A DNA stretch of 27,788 nucleotides from a bacterium HR32 (lineage in GTDB: Bacteria > Sysuimicrobiota > Sysuimicrobiia > Sysuimicrobiales > Sysuimicrobiaceae): NCBI GenBank assembly GCA_002898935.1, contig BEII01000001.1:1-27788 (forward strand), given 5' to 3'. Below are positions 17,237 through 25,479 of this stretch, piece after piece. The stretch's first letter is position 1. Every line of letters begins with the position of its first letter. The translations under genes and the position numbers were made by a program. The notes under the pieces were generated by a model that was not told the origin of the DNA, searched no databases, and worked only from the letters and a program-made list of their open reading frames with translations.

Positions 17237-18367
17237 TCAGCGCTCGTCCACGGGCACGTAGACCAGGTCCTTCGGGCCCGTGTACTCCGACTCCGGACGG
17301 TACAGCCGGTTGTCGTCGTGCTGCTCGATCACGTGGGCGGTCCAGCCCGCCATCCGGCTGCACGCGAACAGGGGCGTCATGAGGTCCGGCGGGATCCCGA
17401 GGTTGTACAGCAGCGAGGCGGAGTAGAAGTCCACGTTCGGGTAGATCTCCCGGTCGCCCCGCAGCTGCGCCACCACCTCGTCCACCCGCTCCGACATCTC
17501 CACCCACACGAGCCCGCCCGTCCGTTCCGCCACCTGGCGGGAGAGCCGGTGCAGCACCCGGGCCCGGGGGTCTTCGACTTTGTACACGCGGTGCCCGAAC
17601 CCGGGGACCTTCTTCCGCTGCTCGAACAGCCCCCGCACGTACGGCTCCACGTTGTCCAGGGACCCGATGGTGAGCAGCATCTCCATGGTCCAGCGCGCCG
17701 CGCCCCCGTGGAGGGGCCCCTTCAGCGCGCCGATGGCGCCCACCACCGCCGCCACCATGTCCGACAGGGTGCTGGCGATCACGCGGGCGGTGAAGGTGCT
17801 GGCGTTGTACCCGTGGTCCGCCAGGAGGACGAAGTACGCGTCCAGCGCCCGGGTGTGCAGCGGGTCCGGCGGTTCGCCCCGCAGCATGTACAGGAAGTTC
17901 GCCGCGTGGCCCAGCTGGGGGTCCGGGGGGACCGGCGCCTGGCCCTGGCGCAGCCGGTGGAAGGCTGCCACCACGGTGCTGGTGAGCGCCACGAGCCGCT
18001 TCGCCCGCCGCAGGTTCGCCTCCCGGGAGCCGTCCTCCGGGTCCTCGTCGTACCCCATGAGGGGCGACAGCACCGTCCGCAGGGCGTCCAGGGGGTCGAG
18101 GCGAGTGGGAAGGCTCCGGAGCAACCCCTCGAGGTCGGCAGGGAGGGCCCGCACCCCCGCCAGCTCGGCTCCAAGCGCCTCGAGTTCCGCACGGCGTGGA
18201 AGCCGGCCGTACCACAGCAGGTAACAGACCTCCTCGAAGGTGGACTTCTGCGCGAGGTCCTGGATGTCGTAGCCACGGTAGACCAGCCGTCCCCCGCGGC
18301 CGTCGATAAAGCTGAGGGCGGTAGTACCCGCCACCACCCCTTCCAGCCCTCGCGCGATCTGCGGCAT
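17237..18367 (-). CDS. gltA: Citrate synthase (2-methylcitrate synthase not excluded)
   Basis: RGLEGV, LVYRGY, ADHGYNASTF, GPLHGGA, VPGFGHRVY, YPNVDFY. Confidence 0.92.
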   Translation of the reverse strand: MPQIARGLEGVVAGTTALSFIDGRGGRLVYRGYDIQDLAQKSTFEEVCYLLWYGRLPRRAELEALGAELAGVRALPADLEGLLRSLPTRLDPLDALRTVLSPLMGYDEDPEDGSREANLRRAKRLVALTSTVVAAFHRLRQGQAPVPPDPQLGHAANFLYMLRGEPPDPLHTRALDAYFVLLADHGYNASTFTARVIASTLSDMVAAVVGAIGALKGPLHGGAARWTMEMLLTIGSLDNVEPYVRGLFEQRKKVPGFGHRVYKVEDPRARVLHRLSRQVAERTGGLVWVEMSERVDEVVAQLRGDREIYPNVDFYSASLLYNLGIPPDLMTPLFACSRMAGWTAHVIEQHDDNRLYRPESEYTGPKDLVYVPVDER

Positions 18368-18419
18368 CGTCCCTCCCTCGCAGGCCATGCGTGCGGGTTG
18401 CGCCGTGCGGTGCAGTTTG

Positions 18420-18449
18420 ACGATACGGGACCCGCGCGGAGGGTGTCAA
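18420..18449 (-). promoter_or_regulatory. Putative sigma70 promoter for citrate synthase
   Basis: TTGACA-N18-TATCGT on the minus strand. Confidence 0.55.
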
Positions 18450-18500
18450 CACGCAGGAACGCCGCGGGTCTTGCGCCGAACCTCCTCCCCGGAGGGAGAG

Positions 18501-19472
18501 GTGCACTGGGACCGCGTGCGTGCCGCGCTCCAGGGCGGTGTGGCGGACGCCCCGCCGGTGGCCCTGTGGCGGCACTTTCCCCAACACGACCAGCGTGCGG
18601 AGACCTGCGCGCAGGTGCACGTGGCCTTCTGGCGCCGCCACGGCTTCGACCTTCTCAAGGTCACGCCCACCAGCGGGTACTACGGCGAAGACTGGGGGCT
18701 GCGGGCGGCTTACCGACCGAACCGCGAGGGGGTGCGCACGTACTTGGACCGGCCGGTGAAGCGGGGGCAGGACTGGGCCCGGCTGCGTCCCCTGGACGTC
18801 ACCGCAGGCGCCTACGGCCGAGAGCTGCGCGTGCTGCGGCTCGTGCGAGAGGGCGTGGGCCCGCAAGTCCCGGTCCTCGCCACGGTGTTCAGCCCCCTCA
18901 CCGTGGCCCGCACCCTGTCGGGAGACCAGGCGGTGCTGCGCTACCTGCGGGAAGAGCCGGACCGGCTGCACGAGGGGCTCGAGGTGATCGCGGACGTCAC
19001 GAGCCGGTTCGTGGCGGCCTGCCTGGGCGCGGGCGCGGACGGCGTCTTCTTCGCCACGCAGATGGCGTGCGCGGGCGCGGTCACCGAGGAGGAGTACGAG
19101 GCCTTCGGCCGGCCCTACGACCTGCGAGTGCTGGAGGCCGCAGCAGGGGCCGAGCTGGTAGTCCTGCACGCCCACGGCGAGCGCCCATACCTGGACCTGC
19201 TGGCCGACTACCCTGTGCACGCCTTCAACTGGCACGACCGCCGGACCCCGCCCTCCTTGCGGGAGGCCCGCCAGCGGACCTCCGCCTGCCTGTGGGGCGG
19301 GGTGGACGAGGCGACGCTGGCCGACCGCTCCCCGGACGAAGTGGCCCGGGAGGTGCGCGACGCGCTGCAGCAGACCGCCGGGCGCGGGCACGTGGTGGCG
19401 GGCGGCTGCGTGATCCCCATAGACACCCCTCCGGAGAACGTGGACGCGGTGGTGCAGGCGGCCCGGGGGTAG
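18501..19472 (+). CDS. Uroporphyrinogen decarboxylase (URO-D/MtaA/CmuA) superfamily protein, not a canonical HemE
   Basis: PPVALWRHF, TVFSPLTVA, GADGVFFA, VLHAHG, AFNWHD, LWGGVD, VAGGCVIP. Lacks the HemE MRQAGR motif. Confidence 0.8.
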   Translation: MHWDRVRAALQGGVADAPPVALWRHFPQHDQRAETCAQVHVAFWRRHGFDLLKVTPTSGYYGEDWGLRAAYRPNREGVRTYLDRPVKRGQDWARLRPLDVTAGAYGRELRVLRLVREGVGPQVPVLATVFSPLTVARTLSGDQAVLRYLREEPDRLHEGLEVIADVTSRFVAACLGAGADGVFFATQMACAGAVTEEEYEAFGRPYDLRVLEAAAGAELVVLHAHGERPYLDLLADYPVHAFNWHDRRTPPSLREARQRTSACLWGGVDEATLADRSPDEVAREVRDALQQTAGRGHVVAGGCVIPIDTPPENVDAVVQAARG

Positions 19473-19498
19473 GCACGGATCTTGCTCGCCGGGCCTCC

Positions 19499-19951
19499 GT
19501 GGTCCGCTTCCTGGGCTTGGTCGGCGCGCTCCTTGCCTGCCTGGTGGCCTCCGAGGTCCCTGCCGCGGATCTGTGGCTTCCGGTGCGCGGGGCGCTCGTG
19601 TCGGGCTACGGCTGGCGCGACGACCCCTTCGGTGAGGGCTGGCACTTTCACTCCGGGGTGGACGTGGCCGCGCCCGAGGGGGCTCCGGTGGCCGCCCGCG
19701 CGGACGGGGGGGTCGAGTACGCGGGGTGGGCCTCGGCGTACGGCCTGGTGGTGGTCCTCGCGCACGGGTCGGACTACCAGACCCTCTATGCCCACCTCCG
19801 GCGGATCCGGGTGCAGCGCGGCGACCGGGTGCGGGCCGGCCAACTGGTGGGCGAGGTGGGCTCCACGGGCCGCAGCACCGGACCCCACCTGCACTTCGAA
19901 GTCCGCTACCGGGGCGTTCCCGTAGACCCGATCCCCTACCTGCGAAGGTAG
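19499..19951 (+). CDS. M23 metallopeptidase with N-terminal signal/TM segment
   Basis: HSGVD (HxxxD), YQTLYAHL, GSTGRSTGPHLHFEV (HxH). Confidence 0.9.
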   Translation: MVRFLGLVGALLACLVASEVPAADLWLPVRGALVSGYGWRDDPFGEGWHFHSGVDVAAPEGAPVAARADGGVEYAGWASAYGLVVVLAHGSDYQTLYAHLRRIRVQRGDRVRAGQLVGEVGSTGRSTGPHLHFEVRYRGVPVDPIPYLRR

Positions 19952-20032
19952 CCGACCAGACCCCACGAATCGCGAGCTCGATTTCTCGGGGATCCCGGTC
20001 TGCTGACCCGCGCAGACTTCTCGGACACGCTC

Positions 20033-20443
20033 CTAGAAGCGGGGCCCGGGCGGCAGCGGCGGCAGGAACGGGTTGTTGCCGCGCGGCGCGGGCGGAGCTG
20101 GGGACGGCTGTCCTGGCCCGGGCACCGGCTGCAGCGGGATCAGCTCCTGGGGCGCGCCGGGCCTGCCGTCGGGGCCAAGGCCAGGGCCGGGCCGCATCTC
20201 GTAAAAGCGGCCGTTGAAGAACAAGTACACCCTGGCTTCGCACTCCTCGCCCTGTCCGGGCTGCGGCTGGGAGCCGGGGAACTGCCGCCCCGGCCCAGGG
20301 AGGGGAATGAGCTCCTGCAGGGGTGCCTGTGCGGGCACGACCGTGACCGCGGTCCTGTCCGTCGCCCGCAGCCCCGCTTGGTAGCTCCCCCAGGCCACCC
20401 CTCCGAGCACCGCGCACATCCCTAGGAGCTTCCAGCTGCGCAT
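20033..20443 (-). CDS. Hypothetical Pro/Gly-rich exported or membrane-anchored protein
   Basis: Hydrophobic N-terminus KLLGMCAVLGGVAWG; duplicated QELIPL..PGPG; fills the gap downstream of dnaB. Confidence 0.6.
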   Translation of the reverse strand: MRSWKLLGMCAVLGGVAWGSYQAGLRATDRTAVTVVPAQAPLQELIPLPGPGRQFPGSQPQPGQGEECEARVYLFFNGRFYEMRPGPGLGPDGRPGAPQELIPLQPVPGPGQPSPAPPAPRGNNPFLPPLPPGPRF

Positions 20444-20509
20444 GGCACCCCCCCGGAGCTTGTGAGGCCACTGTACCACAGGCGGATGTCGGGGGTGTGT
20501 AGACGGACG

Positions 20510-22870
20510 CTACGCCGTCCCGTGCCTGCGGTCGAGGTTCGCGAACCGGGAGGTCTCCTTGTGGAAGAACAGCTCGAGGTCGTCCGTGGGGCCGTTGCGG
20601 TGCTTGGCCACCCGCACCAGGGCCACGTTCTCCTTGCCCTCCCTGCGGGCGCGCTCGGGGTCGTAGTAGTCCTCGCGGTATAGGAACAGCACCAGGTCCG
20701 CCACCTGCTCCAGCTCTCCGCTCTCCCGGAGGTGGGACAGCATGGGGATCTTGGACCCGCCCTGCTCCGCAGCCCGGGACAGCTGGGAGACGGCCAGGAT
20801 GGGGACCTCCAGTTCCTTCGCCAGGGACTTGATCCCGCGGGCGATCTCGCTGAGCTCCTGGGTACGGTTTTCCGTGCGGCGGTAGGACTGGATTAGCTGG
20901 ATGTAGTCCACCACGATGAGGCCCAGCCCGTGTTCGGCCTTCAGCTTCCGCGCCTTCGCCCGCATCTCCACCACGGACAGGTTGGAGGAGTCGTCGATGA
21001 AGATGGGGGCGTCCACCAGGGCGCCCATGGCCCGGGTGAGCCGGCGCCAGTCCGCCTCTGACAGGTAGCCCCGCCGCAGGCGCTGCCCGTCCACCTGCGC
21101 CTGCGCGCACAGCATCCGCTGCACGAGCTGCTCCGCGCTGGTCTCGATGGAGAAAATGGCCACGGGCGTGCGGTGCTCCACGGCGGCGTGCTGCGCGATG
21201 TTCAGGCAGAAGGTGGTGTTGTGGACGCACACGTCGTTGGCCACGAAGTTGTGGGTGCCGGGGATGGTAAGGTCGTAGACGGGGTGTTCGCCCGTATATT
21301 CCACGGACACGATGGGGTCCCACACGAAGTCCGGCTCGGAGAGCAGGGGCTGGGGCGCGTAGCGGGCCCACTGGCGGAGCCGGTCCCACCCCAGCACCCC
21401 GCACGTCCGCAGCAGTTCGACTGCAGCCTCGCCCCGCACCTCGAGGGTCCCGCCGCGGTCCCAGGCGGCGACCACGCCGAGCCGCAGCAGCAGGTGCTGG
21501 ACCTGACGGGCCATAGCCGGGCTCGGCAACTCCGCCCGGATCCCGAAGGCCTCCTGCGTGCCGCGGGACCAGCCCTCCGGGTCGCCCTCCACCGCCGCCA
21601 CGCAGGCCAGCAGGCACCGGAGCAGCAGACACAGCTTCGGCCGGTTGAGCTGGAAGACGGCCTCAGGCAGCTGGCGGCGGTCTGCAGGCTCCGCCAGGGA
21701 CGGGTAGTCCTGCAGGAACTCCGCCACCACCGCGGAGGCGTCCGCAGGGTCTACACCGCGCCACGGACGCACCGCGCCGGCGAGGGCCGGTACCCGTGCG
21801 GCCCGCACCGCAGCGCACGCCGAGGCCGCGTCCAGGAAGTCGCGGCTCACCTCTGGCTGCGCGGGCAGCCGGCCTGCGGACAGGTACGCGATCATGCGCA
21901 CCTCCGCGGCCGGCAGGTCCAGGGTCCCGAAAACCGGCAGCCGCGCGGGGACCGCCACGAAGTGCCCCGGCCGCAGGGCTGCCAGCGGCTTCCAGCCCTC
22001 GGGGGTGAGGAACGGGTGCGTGGCGGTCACCTCCACCTCCCGGCCCAGGGCGGTGCGCACCCGGAAGGTGGGCTTGGTGCCGTCGTCCACAAACGCGGAG
22101 GGATGGGCTTCTCGGAAGTGTCCGCCGTCCAGGGTCAGGACGGCCCCCTGCCGGTCCCGCACCACTTCTTCGATGGTCCGCAGCAGGCCGGTGCGCGGGT
22201 CCACCACGAGGCTGTCGTACTTCAGGCACTTGCCCATGGACGGCCGTGCCGCCACGATGACGAGGTCTCCCCGCTGCAGCCCGCCGGTGAGCTCGTCCAG
22301 GTCCGTGAACCCGGTGGGCACGCCGGTGATCATCCCCCGCTCGTAGTGGGTGTCCAGCCGCTCCATGGTGTCGCGGATGAGGTCCCGGAGGGGCTGGAAG
22401 TCCTGCTGCATACGGCGGTTGGCGATCTCGAACACCAGCCGCTCCGCGCGGTCCACCAGCACCTCCACGTCCTCCTCGCCTTCGCACCCCAGGTGGGCGA
22501 TCTGCGTCCCGACGCGAATGAGGGCGCGCAGCATGGCCTTCTGGACCACGATGCGGGCGTAGTACTCCGCGTTGGCCGCGGTGGGCACCGCATTCAGCAG
22601 CGAGGCCACGTAGGCAGCACCGCCTGCTTCCTCCAACCGGCCCAGGTCCCGGAGGCGGTCGGTCACCGTGATGAGATCCACCGGCTCCCCCCGCTCGAAG
22701 AGGTCTACGATGGCGGAGTAGACCAGCCGGTGCGCCTCGCGGTAGAAGTCCTCGGGCCGTAGCAGCTCGACCACCGCCGCGATGGCGTCGCGGTCCAGGA
22801 GCATGGAGCCGAGCACGCCCATCTCGGCCTCGAGGCTCTGCGGCGGGACGCGGTCTACGGCGGTGGCCAC
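20510..22870 (-). CDS. dnaB: Replicative DNA helicase precursor containing one intein
   Basis: PPQSLEAE, PEDFY, GVPTGFTDLD, AARPSMGK|intein|TTFCLNIA, IVVDYIQL, VSQLSRA, LRESGELEQVAD, AKHRNGP. Confidence 0.97.
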   Translation of the reverse strand: MATAVDRVPPQSLEAEMGVLGSMLLDRDAIAAVVELLRPEDFYREAHRLVYSAIVDLFERGEPVDLITVTDRLRDLGRLEEAGGAAYVASLLNAVPTAANAEYYARIVVQKAMLRALIRVGTQIAHLGCEGEEDVEVLVDRAERLVFEIANRRMQQDFQPLRDLIRDTMERLDTHYERGMITGVPTGFTDLDELTGGLQRGDLVIVAARPSMGKCLKYDSLVVDPRTGLLRTIEEVVRDRQGAVLTLDGGHFREAHPSAFVDDGTKPTFRVRTALGREVEVTATHPFLTPEGWKPLAALRPGHFVAVPARLPVFGTLDLPAAEVRMIAYLSAGRLPAQPEVSRDFLDAASACAAVRAARVPALAGAVRPWRGVDPADASAVVAEFLQDYPSLAEPADRRQLPEAVFQLNRPKLCLLLRCLLACVAAVEGDPEGWSRGTQEAFGIRAELPSPAMARQVQHLLLRLGVVAAWDRGGTLEVRGEAAVELLRTCGVLGWDRLRQWARYAPQPLLSEPDFVWDPIVSVEYTGEHPVYDLTIPGTHNFVANDVCVHNTTFCLNIAQHAAVEHRTPVAIFSIETSAEQLVQRMLCAQAQVDGQRLRRGYLSEADWRRLTRAMGALVDAPIFIDDSSNLSVVEMRAKARKLKAEHGLGLIVVDYIQLIQSYRRTENRTQELSEIARGIKSLAKELEVPILAVSQLSRAAEQGGSKIPMLSHLRESGELEQVADLVLFLYREDYYDPERARREGKENVALVRVAKHRNGPTDDLELFFHKETSRFANLDRRHGTA
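21218..22228 (-). mobile_element. DnaB intein (337 aa) at the Walker A site, with a degenerate LAGLIDADG region
   Basis: Starts CLKYDSLV; block B VTATHPF; block F VYDLTI; ends HNFVANDVCVHN followed by +1 Thr; inserted between GK and T of the P-loop. Confidence 0.95.
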
Positions 22871-22884
22871 GGCTACCCCTCCCT

Positions 22885-22893
22885 ATAATAGCA
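22885..22893 (-). promoter_or_regulatory. Extended -10 (TGcTATTAT) just upstream of the dnaB RBS
   Basis: TGn-TATTAT followed by a purine-rich RBS; the inverted repeat CAAACGGC/GCCGTTTG (22892-22915) abuts it. Confidence 0.5.
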
Positions 22894-22912
22894 AACGGCC
22901 GTTCGCTGCCGT

Positions 22913-23071
22913 TTGTCCACCAACCCTCTACCACGCCGGGGCTGTGACCAACCCCTAGGACAAGCTGTGGATTCCGGGCAGGTGTGAGCCGTGAGTGGGT
23001 TTCCTGGGGCCGTACCGGTGGTCCCCTGTGGGTAACTTGTGGGCAGGGGAAGTTGTGGACTGTGTGGGTAG
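22913..23071. repeat. Cluster of degenerate DnaA-box-like 9-mers between lonC and dnaB
   Basis: Versus TGTGGATAA/TTATCCACA: TTGTCCACC 22913, TGTGGATTC 22966, TGTGGGTAA 23027, TGTGGGCAG 23038, TGTGGACTG 23054, TGTGGGTAG 23063 (1-3 mismatches). Confidence 0.5.
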
Positions 23072-23120
23072 CGACTGCAGCCGCGGGGGACCGCCCCGGA
23101 GGGATAGCCGACGGGGCGGT

Positions 23121-25040
23121 CTAGTGGCGCCTGCGGCCCTGGGGCACCAGGACGTGAGGCAACGCCTCTTCCACGGTCTGGACCAGCACAACCTGCAGCC
23201 CTCCGACCTCCGACGGCAGGTCGTTCTGGTTCTCCTGCGGGAGGACCACCTTTTTGATCCCGGCCTGCCGCGCGCCATAAAGCTTCTCGGGGATCCCGCC
23301 CACGCCCCGCACCCGGCCTTGGATGCTCACCTCGCCCGTCAGGGCGACGTTCTGCAGGGCGGGCCGGCTCTGCACCGCACTGGCCAGGGCCGCGGTGATG
23401 GCGAGCCCGAGGCTCGGGCCGTCCACGAGCCCCCCGCCCACCACGTTCACGTGCACGTCGTACTGCCCGAGGTCCACGCCCAGCAGCCGTCGGACCACGG
23501 ACAGGGCGTTGAACACCGAGTCCTTGGCCATGCTCCCCGCGGTCTCGTTAAACCGCACCGCACCGCGGCCGCGCTGCCCCGCAGGGAAGACGGCAGCTTC
23601 CACCTCCACGATGGAGCCCAGGTAGTGGGCCACCCCGAGTCCGAACACCTTTCCGACCTCCGGCACGTCCGACGCCCGCGCGCTGGTAGACGGCGTCAGC
23701 CGGGAGACCCGGATTACCTCCAGCATGTCCTCCTCGGTGATCCGCACGCGACCGCCCCGGCCCTTGCGCCGGTACAGGGCCATGCCGTAGGCGTCCGCCA
23801 GCAGGTTCACCGCCTTGCGGCCCTCCACGGTGTAGGCGGCGACCAGCTCCGGCACCTTGGGGTGCAGGCTCACCCGCAGCCGGCGCGCCGCCTGCACCAC
23901 GATCCGCTCGATGTCCGCCTGCGACAGGGGGTCGAAGAACACCTCCGCGCAGCGCGACCGCAGGGTGGCTGAAAGCTCCTCCGGGTCGCGGGTGGTGGCG
24001 CCGATGAGCACGAAGTCCGCGGGTGCCCCCTGTTCGAACAGCCGCCGGACGTACGCGGGCACGTGGGGGTCGTCGGGGTCGTAGTAGCTGGACTCGAACG
24101 TCACCCGTTTGTCCTCCAGGACCTTCAACAGCTTGGCCTGCAGCAGCGGGTCCATCTCGCCGATCTCGTCGATGAACAGCACACCTCCGTGCGCCCGCGT
24201 CACCAGCCCCAGCTTCGGCTCCGGGATCCCCACGTCCGCGAAGTCCCTCCGGGAGCCCTGGTAGATGGGGTCGTGCACCGAGCCCAGCAGCGGGTTGGTA
24301 ACTTCCCGCGGGTCCCACCGCAGGGTGGTGGCGTCCACTTCCACGAAGGGCGCGTTCTCCGGGAACGGGGTGTACGGCAGCCGCCGCGCTTCCTCCAGGG
24401 CCAGCCGGGCCACGGTGGTCTTGCCCACGCCCGGCGGACCGTAGAGGATCACGTGCTGCGGGTACGGGGTAGCGAGCTTGGCCAGCAGCGCCCGGATGGC
24501 CCGCTCCTGCCCCACCACCTCCTTCAGGCGGCGAGGGCGCAGGGCCTCCAGAGCCGACTGCGACAGCCGGACCCGTTCCAGCGCCTCCAGCTCCTCCAGC
24601 TTCTTGCGGGTGGCGGCGCTTTCCGGGCCCGTGGCCTCCCGCAGCACCTGCAGCCGGATCTCCTGCAGGTAGTCGTCCTGCCGCTGGTTCATCCGCTCGG
24701 CCACCTTGCGCTCCAGCTCCTCCTCCACCCGCCTCTGGGCCACCAGGTCCGCCAGCTCCTCCTCCACCTCCGACAGGACCCGTGGGATCTCGGACTCCGG
24801 GGGCGCACTGTGGATCGTGGGATCGTCGTACACCAGCCGCTGGAGGGCCACCACCCGGTCCGCGAGGCGCCCGGACCGCATCAGGGTGAGCGCCTCCAGC
24901 TTACCCGCCTTCACGATGAGCCGCTCGGGCCCGTACACCTCGCTCAGCACGCTGAATAGCGCGCCCACCCGGCGCTTCAACTCGGCCCGGCTCGGGGTCG
25001 CGTTGCGCCCGCGCGCGCGGGCGGGCAGCCGGTCAGCCAT
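23121..25040 (-). CDS. lonC: Lon-family ATP-dependent protease (LonC/LonB type)
   Basis: Walker A GPPGVGKT, Walker B LFIDEIGE, EAHGGVL-like TRAHGGVL, catalytic DGPSLG and GIPEK dyad. Confidence 0.9.
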   Translation of the reverse strand: MADRLPARARGRNATPSRAELKRRVGALFSVLSEVYGPERLIVKAGKLEALTLMRSGRLADRVVALQRLVYDDPTIHSAPPESEIPRVLSEVEEELADLVAQRRVEEELERKVAERMNQRQDDYLQEIRLQVLREATGPESAATRKKLEELEALERVRLSQSALEALRPRRLKEVVGQERAIRALLAKLATPYPQHVILYGPPGVGKTTVARLALEEARRLPYTPFPENAPFVEVDATTLRWDPREVTNPLLGSVHDPIYQGSRRDFADVGIPEPKLGLVTRAHGGVLFIDEIGEMDPLLQAKLLKVLEDKRVTFESSYYDPDDPHVPAYVRRLFEQGAPADFVLIGATTRDPEELSATLRSRCAEVFFDPLSQADIERIVVQAARRLRVSLHPKVPELVAAYTVEGRKAVNLLADAYGMALYRRKGRGGRVRITEEDMLEVIRVSRLTPSTSARASDVPEVGKVFGLGVAHYLGSIVEVEAAVFPAGQRGRGAVRFNETAGSMAKDSVFNALSVVRRLLGVDLGQYDVHVNVVGGGLVDGPSLGLAITAALASAVQSRPALQNVALTGEVSIQGRVRGVGGIPEKLYGARQAGIKKVVLPQENQNDLPSEVGGLQVVLVQTVEEALPHVLVPQGRRRH

Positions 25041-25479
25041 CGGCGGTCACCTCGACCCGTACCCGTGCCAGCAGGCCGTGCGGCAGCCGCACCGTGACCG
25101 TGTGCGTGCCCACGGCCTTGATGGGCTCCGGCAACTCCACCTGCCTGCGGTCCACGTCAAACCCCATGCCCTTGAGCGCCTCAGCCACCTGCTGCGCCGT
25201 CACCGCGCCGAACAGTCTGCCTGCGCTCCCCGCCTTCGCCCGCACGCGCACCGTGCGTCCTTCCAGGGCCTGCGCCACAGCGCGCGCCCGCTCCTCCTCC
25301 CGGGCGGCCCGGCGCTGCTGCGCGGCCCGCTCCTGCTCGAGCGCCCGCAGCTGACCCTCCGTGGCCTCGCGGGCCAGGCCCCGGGGCAGCAGGTAGTTCC
25401 GGGCGTAGCCCTCCTTCACGTCCACCACGGACCCCGCCTTGCCCAGGGACGGCACGTCCCGCGTGAGGATCACCTTCAT
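25033..25479 (-). CDS. rplI: 50S ribosomal protein L9
   Basis: MKVILTRDVPSLGKAGSVVDVKEGYARNYLLP; GRLFGAVT; IKAVGTH. Confidence 0.97.
   Translation of the reverse strand: MKVILTRDVPSLGKAGSVVDVKEGYARNYLLPRGLAREATEGQLRALEQERAAQQRRAAREEERARAVAQALEGRTVRVRAKAGSAGRLFGAVTAQQVAEALKGMGFDVDRRQVELPEPIKAVGTHTVTVRLPHGLLARVRVEVTADG

Noticed and set aside
16986-21632. 1548-aa minus-strand ORF
   Set aside because: Low-complexity Arg/Pro/Gly/Ala translation overlapping six well-supported genes; a shadow ORF expected at this GC content.
22880-23120. Annotating the gap outright as oriC
   Set aside because: Boxes are degenerate, there is no AT-rich DUE and no dnaA/dnaN nearby; kept only as a hypothesis.
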